A stretch of DNA of 64,000 nt from NCBI GenBank assembly GCA_030753015.1, contig JASMDC010000001.1, positions 1-64,000 of the forward strand, read 5' to 3'. Positions 1-8,736 of the stretch are shown piece by piece (positions within the stretch are counted from its first letter, which is position 1; each line of letters starts with the position of its first letter). The notes below the pieces were generated by a model. That model ran no database searches, was not told the DNA's origin, and saw only the letters and a program-made list of their open reading frames with translations. The position numbers and the translations under genes were made by a program. The DNA comes from Candidatus Undinarchaeales archaeon. Lineage in GTDB: Archaea > SpSt-1190 > JASMDC01.

Positions 1-93
1 GCGACAACGGTCGCGTCCTGGAGACCTGAATCCTGCCAACGATGAGCAAAGCTGAGAATGCTGGCTGATCGGTTGAAGTAGGGATTTTTCAGG

Positions 94-230
94 GGCAGGG
101 TGATGGATGCTTATAAGAACGCTACGATCAACATTCAGGATCGCTCAGGGTGGGGACCACCCGATGCGCCCGTGGAGCTGGGAACAGCGTCGAAGCGGGA
201 AGCCCCTCTGCTTGGAGAGGGGTAGTTCAC
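94..230 (+). mobile_element. IS200/IS605-family remnant: TnpB C-terminal fragment plus right-end/omegaRNA hairpin
   Basis: The frame from 103 reads MDAYKNATINIQDRSGWGPPDAPVELGTASKREAPLLGEG*, resembling the TnpB C-terminal DRDxNAAxNI...EAP tail. It is followed by hairpin CCCCTCT-gcttgg-AGAGGGG (203-222) and terminal TTCAC (226-230). Confidence 0.7.
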
Positions 231-253
231 CATGCCTCCCCGGTTCGATGCCG

Positions 254-1282
<1,029 letters not shown>

Positions 1283-1283
1283 A

Positions 1284-1628
1284 CTACATCTCCTTCTTCC
1301 TGACGATCTTGCGCATCTGGGTCGAGTGGGCGAGGGTGATGCCCGCCACCATGGCGGCACCCACGTGCACGGCCTCCATCATCTCCTCTTTGGACGCTCC
1401 CAGAGAGAGGAGCTTGTTCGTGTAGGCATCGATGCAGTAGGGGCAGTGGTGGGTCGTGGCGACCGCTAGGGCGATGAGCGCCTTCTCCCGCTCTGTGAGC
1501 ACGCCCTCGCTCGTGGCCTTGTCGTAGTAGTCGAAGAAGGCCGCGCCCTGTTCGGGGGCGTCCTCGCTGATGTTCGGGAAGTCGGCCAGGTCCTCAGGGA
1601 CGTAGTAGCTCTTGTCCATCATCATCAC
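1284..1628 (-). CDS. Arsenosugar-associated peroxidase-like (CMD/AhpD) protein
   Basis: YYVPEDLADF, REKALIALAVA, CPYCID, EAVHVGAA; adjacent to arsS. Start is uncertain within 1619-1628. Confidence 0.85.
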   Translation of the reverse strand: MMMMDKSYYVPEDLADFPNISEDAPEQGAAFFDYYDKATSEGVLTEREKALIALAVATTHHCPYCIDAYTNKLLSLGASKEEMMEAVHVGAAMVAGITLAHSTQMRKIVRKKEM

Positions 1629-1703
1629 GTTCTTGGAGTGTTCTGGGGGTCGATTGAGTTCAAGGACATAACAATATCAATCTTCGCGGTCCGGTACGCT
1701 CCC

Positions 1704-2669
1704 TCACAAGCAGATCCAGAAGAACTCGACGTACGCGGGGGATGTGATGGTCCTGGTGTCCGAGGGTATGTGGATATGGTTGCCCCGGAACCCGTCGAAC
1801 TCCGGCTCGCCCGCCTCGTACACGAACCCGCACGTGCTGTACGACTCATCCTTATCGATCCGATGGACCCAGTAGCTGCGTACGATACCGGCCGCACCGA
1901 TTGAATCGTACCAGGTCAAGTCGTAGGTGAGCCGCCCGAGATCGCCCAGGGACATGATGACGTCGATGGCGGTGATGGTCCCGGGCTTGAAGGTATCGGA
2001 GCGAAGGTCATGTGAGGTGACGAGGACGTTGGTGAAGCGGAGGTCCGCAGTAGGGCCCCGGATGATGACATTGGGGACGATGACCGTTCCGTTGTTCGCC
2101 CTCTTGCGCACCACTTCCGCCCTGAACGTGGCATAGATACGCTCGAGCACCTCGGGCCGCTGATGGTACAATCGGACGTACATGCGGTCCTTGTGGGGGT
2201 AGTGGTCCATGCGATACACGTTGTTCTCGGGCCAGCCACCGTCGTAGTACGCCTGGGTCCACCAGCCGCTCTCGTCGTTGATCGTGTCGATGATGTGGGT
2301 GTCCATGTCCTCGTCAAGGTGATAGACCATCCGGATGTCCCCTCGCTCGTGGAGATGGACGAGGATGTCGAACACAGAGAAGTGCCCGTCCCGGAAGAGG
2401 TCCGGGCGGACCGTCCTCACGTTCGCCGGCTCATACCCGAAATTGCCGACACCGGTGATCATCACCTCGCCCGGCTGGTCGAAGTCCGTATCCTTGACCT
2501 CACCAAGGACCTTGTTCCCCTCCCCTAACGGGATCTGTGTGGTGTTGGCCTTCGTGAGGTCCTCGGTGACCGGTGGACGCTCCAACCGGCCGGAGGTGCA
2601 GCCTGCGCCGACAAGTAGTAGAATGGCGAGACCGGTAGCCATCATTGGATTCAGGATAGATTGGTTCAT
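1704..2669 (-). CDS. Putative lipoprotein with an internally duplicated domain
   Basis: Lipobox-like LLVGAGC. Two similar segments: RPDLFRDGHFSVFDILVHL and RSDTFKPGTITAIDVIMSL. Confidence 0.7.
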   Translation of the reverse strand: MNQSILNPMMATGLAILLLVGAGCTSGRLERPPVTEDLTKANTTQIPLGEGNKVLGEVKDTDFDQPGEVMITGVGNFGYEPANVRTVRPDLFRDGHFSVFDILVHLHERGDIRMVYHLDEDMDTHIIDTINDESGWWTQAYYDGGWPENNVYRMDHYPHKDRMYVRLYHQRPEVLERIYATFRAEVVRKRANNGTVIVPNVIIRGPTADLRFTNVLVTSHDLRSDTFKPGTITAIDVIMSLGDLGRLTYDLTWYDSIGAAGIVRSYWVHRIDKDESYSTCGFVYEAGEPEFDGFRGNHIHIPSDTRTITSPAYVEFFWICL

Positions 2670-3370
2670 GGTGATGTCCCTCCATCGATGTCTTCATCCT
2701 GCTGCTGCCACCGCATGCGCTTCTGGACGAGGAAAAGGACCATGATGATCATCACAGCGATGAGTATGTTGGTGATGCTGGAGAGGTCAGAAATACTATG
2801 GCCGAGGTAAACGAAGGCGAAAGCGCCAGGGATGATGCCGATGAAGGTTGCTAACGTATAATCGCGGAAGGAAACAGCGGTGAGCCCGAGGCCGTAGTTC
2901 TGGACGTCGTAGGGGGCGTTGGGGACGAGCCTGATCATGAGCACCGTCAGAAATCCGTTGCGCTCGATACGTTCATCCAGGTCCGCGAAAGAGCCCGAGA
3001 TGTAGCTCTCTACTGCCTCTCGCCCCGCGAGACGCGCGATGAGAAAGGACACCAGGGCGTTGAGCCCGCCGCCGATGACTGAGTACACCGTCCCCCACAG
3101 CGGGCCGAAGGTGAGCCCACCGATCATGGTCAGCATTCCAGAGGGGAATAACACAAGTGACCTTACCGTGTAGAACGTGATGTACGCAACCGGCGCCAGC
3201 GGACCGAAGGAGAGGAAGATCTCCTTTATTATTCGTGGATCGAGCGCCGTGTAATCCACATCGAGGGCCAGCAAGGCGATGAGGACCAGCACGAAGAAGA
3301 GGACTACCAAACCGATCTTCGCGGAGGGTCGATCCTTCCAGGACACACGAGGATCCTCGACATCGTCCAT
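2666..3370 (-). CDS. TVP38/TMEM64 (DedA/VTT) family membrane protein
   Basis: GGLTFGPLWG, IRLVPNAPYDVQNYGLG, TFIGIIPG; multiple TM segments. Confidence 0.9.
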   Translation of the reverse strand: MDDVEDPRVSWKDRPSAKIGLVVLFFVLVLIALLALDVDYTALDPRIIKEIFLSFGPLAPVAYITFYTVRSLVLFPSGMLTMIGGLTFGPLWGTVYSVIGGGLNALVSFLIARLAGREAVESYISGSFADLDERIERNGFLTVLMIRLVPNAPYDVQNYGLGLTAVSFRDYTLATFIGIIPGAFAFVYLGHSISDLSSITNILIAVMIIMVLFLVQKRMRWQQQDEDIDGGTSP

Positions 3371-3372
3371 GA

Positions 3373-4815
3373 CTACACGCTCTTGAACATACCCATTATG
3401 TAGCGCAGCCAGGGCTTATTGGTACGCTCGAGCAGCGGTTTAGCGGCTGTCTTCTTCACCAGCTCGGAGAGCGTGGGGTAGATGAACAGCGTCTGTGAGA
3501 CCTTGGACAGACCGAGCCCGGCGGACTTGGCGATAAGAAATCCCTGGATGAGTTCGGAGGCGTGAGCACCAACAATGTGAGCGCCCAGAAGGTTGTCACG
3601 TGAGTCGGTGATGATCTTGAGAAAACCCTCGGTCTCCACGTCGGTCGTGGCACGGTCGCTGGCGTCGTACCCCGTTGTGAACACCTGGAGGTCGTCATTG
3701 TACCTGTCCCGTGCCTCGGCCTCTGTGAGACCGAGATGGGCGATCTCGGGTTCGGTGAACGTGGCCCAGGCGATGTTCTCGTAGTTCACCTTTTGGCGCA
3801 CGAGGGGCAGGTTGACGAACAGGGCGTTGCGCACGCACACCATGGCCTCATAAGCGGCCACGTGGCTGAACTGGTAGGGAGGGACCACGTCGCCGCAGGC
3901 GAACACGTTCTCGTTGGTGGTCTGAAGGTACTCGTTGACCTTCAGCTGACCGCGCTCCACCTCTATTCCCGCCTTCTCCAGTTCGAGGCCTTTCAGGTTG
4001 GGCTTGCGTCCTACTGCGACGAGCACCAGAGCGGCTGAGACCTCCACGACCTTCCCGTCCGGATCCTCGAGGACGGCCACTGCACGTCCACCTTCCTTGC
4101 GGAAGGCCGTGGCCTTGTGACCTATGAGCAAGGTCATACCCTCCTTCTCGAGCTGGTCGTTGAGGGCCTGGGACACATCGATGTCCTCACGAATAAGGAT
4201 CCTCTCGGCCATCTCCACCAGGGTGACCTTCACTCCGAGGCGTGTGAGGGCCTGGCCCAGCTCGAGACCGATGGGTCCTCCCCCGAGCACGATTAGATCA
4301 GCGGGAAGCTCGTCCAGGTCGAAGATAGTGGTGTTGTCGAGGTAGTCGAGCTCGGTGAGTCCAGGTATGGGTGGGATAACCGGGCTCGAACCCGTGCACA
4401 GGATGAAACGCTTTCCCTTGATGGCCGTACCGTCCACCTCGACAGTACCGCGGTCCACGAACCGCGGAGAGCCGAACAGGACCTTGATACCGCGATCCTC
4501 GAAGACCTCGGCGGGGTGGTGGCTCTCGATCTCCTTGACGACATCCCGCACATGGGACATCACCCTGTCCGTACTAGGTGCGAATCCCTCGGGGAGCTCG
4601 ATACCATACTCCTTGGCGCGCGCGAAAGACCTTGCCACTGAAGCGGACTTGAGAAGTGCCTTGGATGGCACGCACCCGAAGCGCGTGCACTCGCCCCCTA
4701 GTCTATCCTTCTCTATCATGCACGTCTTCGTGTCCATGGCACTGGCAACGCTGGATGAGAACAGTCCGCCGGCCCCTCCACCGATGACGACCAGGTCGAA
4801 CTCTAGGCTCTCCAT
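3373..4815 (-). CDS. Pyridine nucleotide-disulfide oxidoreductase (mercuric reductase/dihydrolipoamide dehydrogenase-like)
   Basis: GGGAGG, GGECTRFGCVPSK, GGGPIG, TFTEPE, YPTLSE. It lacks the MerA C-terminal CC. Confidence 0.9.
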   Translation of the reverse strand: MESLEFDLVVIGGGAGGLFSSSVASAMDTKTCMIEKDRLGGECTRFGCVPSKALLKSASVARSFARAKEYGIELPEGFAPSTDRVMSHVRDVVKEIESHHPAEVFEDRGIKVLFGSPRFVDRGTVEVDGTAIKGKRFILCTGSSPVIPPIPGLTELDYLDNTTIFDLDELPADLIVLGGGPIGLELGQALTRLGVKVTLVEMAERILIREDIDVSQALNDQLEKEGMTLLIGHKATAFRKEGGRAVAVLEDPDGKVVEVSAALVLVAVGRKPNLKGLELEKAGIEVERGQLKVNEYLQTTNENVFACGDVVPPYQFSHVAAYEAMVCVRNALFVNLPLVRQKVNYENIAWATFTEPEIAHLGLTEAEARDRYNDDLQVFTTGYDASDRATTDVETEGFLKIITDSRDNLLGAHIVGAHASELIQGFLIAKSAGLGLSKVSQTLFIYPTLSELVKKTAAKPLLERTNKPWLRYIMGMFKSV

Positions 4816-4862
4816 ATCCTACTATCGGGAGCACATGTTTTTCAAGGTGTTGGTAGTCGCTG

Positions 4863-5552
4863 CTACTCGCTAAGGAGGTCCGGACGCTCGTCCAGGTACT
4901 TCATGGTCCTGGACGAGGAGAACGACGTGTGCCGGTTACGCCTAACGAGCGCTCGGACATCTGCGATGGTGTCAACGTCCCCCCAGGGCGGGAGGAAATG
5001 GAGCGTGCGACGTGCCTGGGCGAGAGCGTCGAGCGTGCACCCGAGCACCTCGAACGTGCTCCACGGGATGTCTACGAACACGTCCGCTGTGAATCCCTTG
5101 TGTGAGAAACCGATGAGGTAGTACCCACCGTCCTGGGCCGGTCCGATCACCGAGTCGTAGCCATCCAGCGCATCGAACGCCTCTCGCACCAGTGCCTGCT
5201 CCAGGTCGGGACTGTCGCTGCCCACGAGCACGACTCGTTCGTACCCCTCGTCGAAGGCCGTCCGGAAGGCGTCGGCCATCCGCGCTCCCAGATCATCGCC
5301 CTGCTGCGGTCGGTACACCCGGTCCTTGCCGAGCCAGGCGGCGATGTCATCCATGGAGCCGGGCGGATGGACGCAGACGATCACTGGCACACCGATCCCA
5401 TCCACAATAGCGAGGGCGTCCTCAACGAAGCAGCGATAGAGGTCCGCTGCCTCCTCGGTCCCCAGCTCGATGGACAGACGGGTCTTGACCTCGCCCGGTA
5501 CGGGTCGCTTGACGAACACCATCACACACCGGTCATCACCGCTCATCCGCAT
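4863..5552 (-). CDS. TIGR04282-type (DUF2064) nucleotidyltransferase/glycosyltransferase
   Basis: PGEVKTRL, QQGDDLGARM, VGSDSP, GPAQDGGYYLIG, DVDT. Confidence 0.9.
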   Translation of the reverse strand: MRMSGDDRCVMVFVKRPVPGEVKTRLSIELGTEEAADLYRCFVEDALAIVDGIGVPVIVCVHPPGSMDDIAAWLGKDRVYRPQQGDDLGARMADAFRTAFDEGYERVVLVGSDSPDLEQALVREAFDALDGYDSVIGPAQDGGYYLIGFSHKGFTADVFVDIPWSTFEVLGCTLDALAQARRTLHFLPPWGDVDTIADVRALVRRNRHTSFSSSRTMKYLDERPDLLSE

Positions 5553-6283
5553 CCACCTCCATGTCCTGGATCAGGATAGTAGCGGGCCAGGGTGGTCGGG
5601 GACACACCCAGGTGGAAGAGGGCCAGGAGCACGGAGTTGCGCAGGGATGTGTAGATAAGACCTTCCTCCTCCCATCGCCGGGCAGAGGTGACCGCACGGT
5701 CCGGTAGGATGACGATGGGCTCTCCGCGACGCCTGATTCGTCCCATGAGCTCGACGTCCTCCATGAGGGGGATGTCCGCGAACCCGCCGATGCGCTGGAA
5801 GTAGTCACGCTCCATGAAGAAGGCCTGGTCGCCATAAGGTACGCGTGTAAGACGGGCCCGCAGAGAGCCCAATCGGGCGTTCAGTCGCACCAATGGATTG
5901 GTAGAATCGATGTCCGTGTCCAGGCAGCCGGCCACGAACCGCCCATCTTCCATGATTGCGTGGACGTGCTTCAGCGCTGAATCGGGCAGCCGGGTGTCAG
6001 CATGGAGGAACAGCAGCAATCGCCCTCGGGCGCGGGAGGCCCCGGCGTTCATCTGAAGGGCTCGGCCTTTGGGCGTCGTCATGGTCACAACATCGGGATC
6101 CTTGATACCTGATATGGTGCTCCCTTCGGGATCACCGTCCACGATGATTAGCTCGATGTTGCCGTCGAAGGGCAGCGAATGGACGTGCTCGACGAGCGTG
6201 TTGATGGTCTCTCCCTCGTTGATGGCGGGGACGATAATCGAGATGTACGATTCACCCTTGTCCCCTCCAGGTTCGACCGGCAT
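5543..6283 (-). CDS. TIGR04283-type GT2 glycosyltransferase
   Basis: ISIIVPAINE, GRALQMNAGA, LFLHADT, YGDQ, PLMEDV, TSARRW. ATG at 6283 lies downstream of a TATA element. Confidence 0.9.
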   Translation of the reverse strand: MPVEPGGDKGESYISIIVPAINEGETINTLVEHVHSLPFDGNIELIIVDGDPEGSTISGIKDPDVVTMTTPKGRALQMNAGASRARGRLLLFLHADTRLPDSALKHVHAIMEDGRFVAGCLDTDIDSTNPLVRLNARLGSLRARLTRVPYGDQAFFMERDYFQRIGGFADIPLMEDVELMGRIRRRGEPIVILPDRAVTSARRWEEEGLIYTSLRNSVLLALFHLGVSPTTLARYYPDPGHGGGCG

Positions 6284-6352
6284 CGACCTCCGGGTGGAGG
6301 TCTGGATATATAAGCTTCGGGTGCGGACCATCGTCCAGGACGGAGCGAACAG

Positions 6353-7138
6353 ATGGCCATTCCGAGCCTGGTGGTGACGCCCAAGACCGCCGTCGCGGCG
6401 GCCTCATTCCTTGCCATCCTGTTGTTGGAGGGATGGCGCCCGCTCTTCCCGTTGAAGAAGGACCGCTGGCACCATCTGGCCCGCAATGCCACGATCACCG
6501 TCATCGCTTCGGTAGTGGTGTACCTCCTCTTCTCGTCCGTGAAGCTCTTGGTCGAGGCCCAGGTCCGTGCGAACGGTTGGGGCTTATTAGGCATGATACC
6601 ACTGACAGGTCTCCTACGGACCACCGTTGTCGTGGTGCTCTTCGACGCGTGGATGTACCTATGGCATAGAATGAACCACCGCATCCGTATCCTCTGGCGC
6701 TTTCATAGGATCCATCACACGGACGACGCCATGGACGTGTCCACCGCCTGGCGGTTCCATCCCGGTGAGCTGGTGCTCTCCGCAGCTGCAGGTCTTTTCA
6801 TCATAGCGCTCTTCGGGCTCACACTTCAGGATCTCCTCGTGTACGAGACGTTGATGCTGCCCGTGATCTATCTCCATCACTCCGACTTCTACTTACCGGG
6901 CAGGGTGGACCGGCTGCTGCGGACCGTCCTCGTCACTCCCTGGATGCACTGGGTCCACCACTCGAACAAGGGCCGTGAGCTGAACTCTAACTACGGGAGC
7001 ATCCTTTCTGTCTGGGACCGGATCGGAGGGAGCTTCCGTCTCCGCGACGATCCAGATGCCATAGTGTACGGAGTGAAAGGATTCGAGGACGAGGGATGGC
7101 AGACGGTAGTGGGAATGCTGCGCACGCCTCTGGCTTGA
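6353..7138 (+). CDS. Sterol desaturase/fatty acid hydroxylase family protein
   Basis: His boxes HRMNH, HRIHH, HWVHH; RFHPGE; NYG..SVWDR. Confidence 0.9.
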   Translation: MAIPSLVVTPKTAVAAASFLAILLLEGWRPLFPLKKDRWHHLARNATITVIASVVVYLLFSSVKLLVEAQVRANGWGLLGMIPLTGLLRTTVVVVLFDAWMYLWHRMNHRIRILWRFHRIHHTDDAMDVSTAWRFHPGELVLSAAAGLFIIALFGLTLQDLLVYETLMLPVIYLHHSDFYLPGRVDRLLRTVLVTPWMHWVHHSNKGRELNSNYGSILSVWDRIGGSFRLRDDPDAIVYGVKGFEDEGWQTVVGMLRTPLA

Positions 7139-7145
7139 TGGCGAC

Positions 7146-8084
7146 CTACTGCTCTTTGGCCCATCCGAACCTGTCGTTCAGAACGTTCATGACGTAGCTT
7201 GGCGGGAGCGCGCCAATCTCAGTAATGATGAGGTCGACGTACTCGGCGGGCGTTATATCGAACACCGGGTTCCGCAATTGAACCCCTGGAAGCTCCTTGT
7301 CGGTGATCTCGCTGGTATCGCGCTCCTCGATGATCTCGAGGTCGCCCATGATGGTGCGCGGATCGAACTTCAGCGTCTGGGCTGCCACCAGGAACTGGAT
7401 GCGCGACTCCTTGGCGCACACGCCCAGGATGCTTGTACCGATCTTGTTGACCACGGCACCGTGGGCGGTTATAGAGTCGGCACCGACGACGATCAGGTCC
7501 ACCTTCTCCTTTTTCATCATGTAGCGCATGCCTGAGTCCACGATGAGCGTGGTGGGTACACCAGCTTCGCTCAGCTGCTGCGCGGTGAGGTATCCCTGGC
7601 CCCAGGGTCGGGTCTCATGGCAGATGGCACGCACGTCCTTGCCCTGTCGGTGCGCCTCAGCGATGACCGCGATGGCCGTGGACGAGTTGCAATGGGTCAT
7701 GATGGTGTACCCGTCCTCCACCCGACGGGCCCCGATACGTCCGATCTTCGGGATGGCCTCCTTCGTCTCTTTGATAAAAGCCTCAATCACTTTGGTCAGT
7801 TCGAGGCGGAATGTGTCGGGCCCCGGATTCTCAGCTGTCAGCCTGCGCGCGGTCACAAGAACGAAGTTCACAGCGTTGGGGAGGGTGACGGCCGAGGGGC
7901 GCGCTTTAGCCAGGAAAGCGCCGTCCTCCTCGAGCCGGGCCATCAGTTTTCCCACGTCGTCGGCCCGTTCCGCTGCCAAGGCGTCACGCATGGACGAGGC
8001 CGCTCCGACGGCGATCCGCTCCGCTCCGCGGATGCTCATGTCCTTTATCCGGTCGTGGGTCTCGATGACGTTCTCGGCCACCAT
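7146..8084 (-). CDS. Ribose-1,5-bisphosphate isomerase (eIF-2B-like family)
   Basis: IRGA, ARPSAVTLPNA, THCNS, ETRP, VGAD, NKIGT, NPVFDITP. Confidence 0.85.
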   Translation of the reverse strand: MVAENVIETHDRIKDMSIRGAERIAVGAASSMRDALAAERADDVGKLMARLEEDGAFLAKARPSAVTLPNAVNFVLVTARRLTAENPGPDTFRLELTKVIEAFIKETKEAIPKIGRIGARRVEDGYTIMTHCNSSTAIAVIAEAHRQGKDVRAICHETRPWGQGYLTAQQLSEAGVPTTLIVDSGMRYMMKKEKVDLIVVGADSITAHGAVVNKIGTSILGVCAKESRIQFLVAAQTLKFDPRTIMGDLEIIEERDTSEITDKELPGVQLRNPVFDITPAEYVDLIITEIGALPPSYVMNVLNDRFGWAKEQ

Positions 8085-8151
8085 GGACAGAGGACGGGAG
8101 GTAAAGCTATTTCAAGCTTGACATGACTTGTATAGGACGGGTGACTCATAC

Positions 8152-8736
8152 ATGCCCCGTGTTTCCAGCTTCAAGCCTCATGAGTACCACGACATCGTCG
8201 TGCTCATGTTGATATTCTCTCTGTTCTTCCTCGCCATCAGGGTGTCGGGGGACATAAAGGACCTGAACATGCTCGTGTTCACGGCCTGCACCGAGATCAT
8301 CATCCTCATCTGCATAGGTGAGCTCTGGGTCCACCTTGCTCACCTCGAGGTGCGTATCTGCTCCCAGGAGGTCGAGATCGAGAAGGTAGAGGCCGAGGAG
8401 GAGATCATCGAGCGCGAGCTCGAGGATGTACGGCGTGATGAGAAGCGCGTGGAGAGGGAGCTCGAGAAGGTCGAGGCCGAGGAAGAGGCGATCGAGCACG
8501 AGCTCGAAGAGGTCAAGAAGGACGAGGTGCGCCGCTCCCGTCTCGTAGGCCGCGTTGTCACGGAAATGGACCGCGACATCGATGAGGTGAAGCGAGAAGA
8601 GGAACTTGTCGAGAAGGAACTGGAAAAGGTGGAGGCCGAAGAGGAGCGGATGGGAAAGGAGCTCGAAGAGGTCAAGAAGAAGGAGAAGAAGGTCGAGAAG
8701 GAACTGAAACGTGTGGAGGGCAAGGAGAAGAGATAG
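8152..8736 (+). CDS. Two-TM membrane protein with E/K-rich 14-residue coiled-coil repeats
   Basis: Two hydrophobic helices followed by repeats such as ELEKVEAEEEAIEH and ELEEVKKDE. Confidence 0.75.
   Translation: MPRVSSFKPHEYHDIVVLMLIFSLFFLAIRVSGDIKDLNMLVFTACTEIIILICIGELWVHLAHLEVRICSQEVEIEKVEAEEEIIERELEDVRRDEKRVERELEKVEAEEEAIEHELEEVKKDEVRRSRLVGRVVTEMDRDIDEVKREEELVEKELEKVEAEEERMGKELEEVKKKEKKVEKELKRVEGKEKR

Noticed and set aside
3373-4815. Calling this gene merA
   Set aside because: It has no C-terminal Cys-Cys pair and there are no mer genes nearby.
8370-8730. CRISPR-like DNA repeats
   Set aside because: They are degenerate in-frame coding repeats of a coiled coil, with no identical repeat-spacer pattern.
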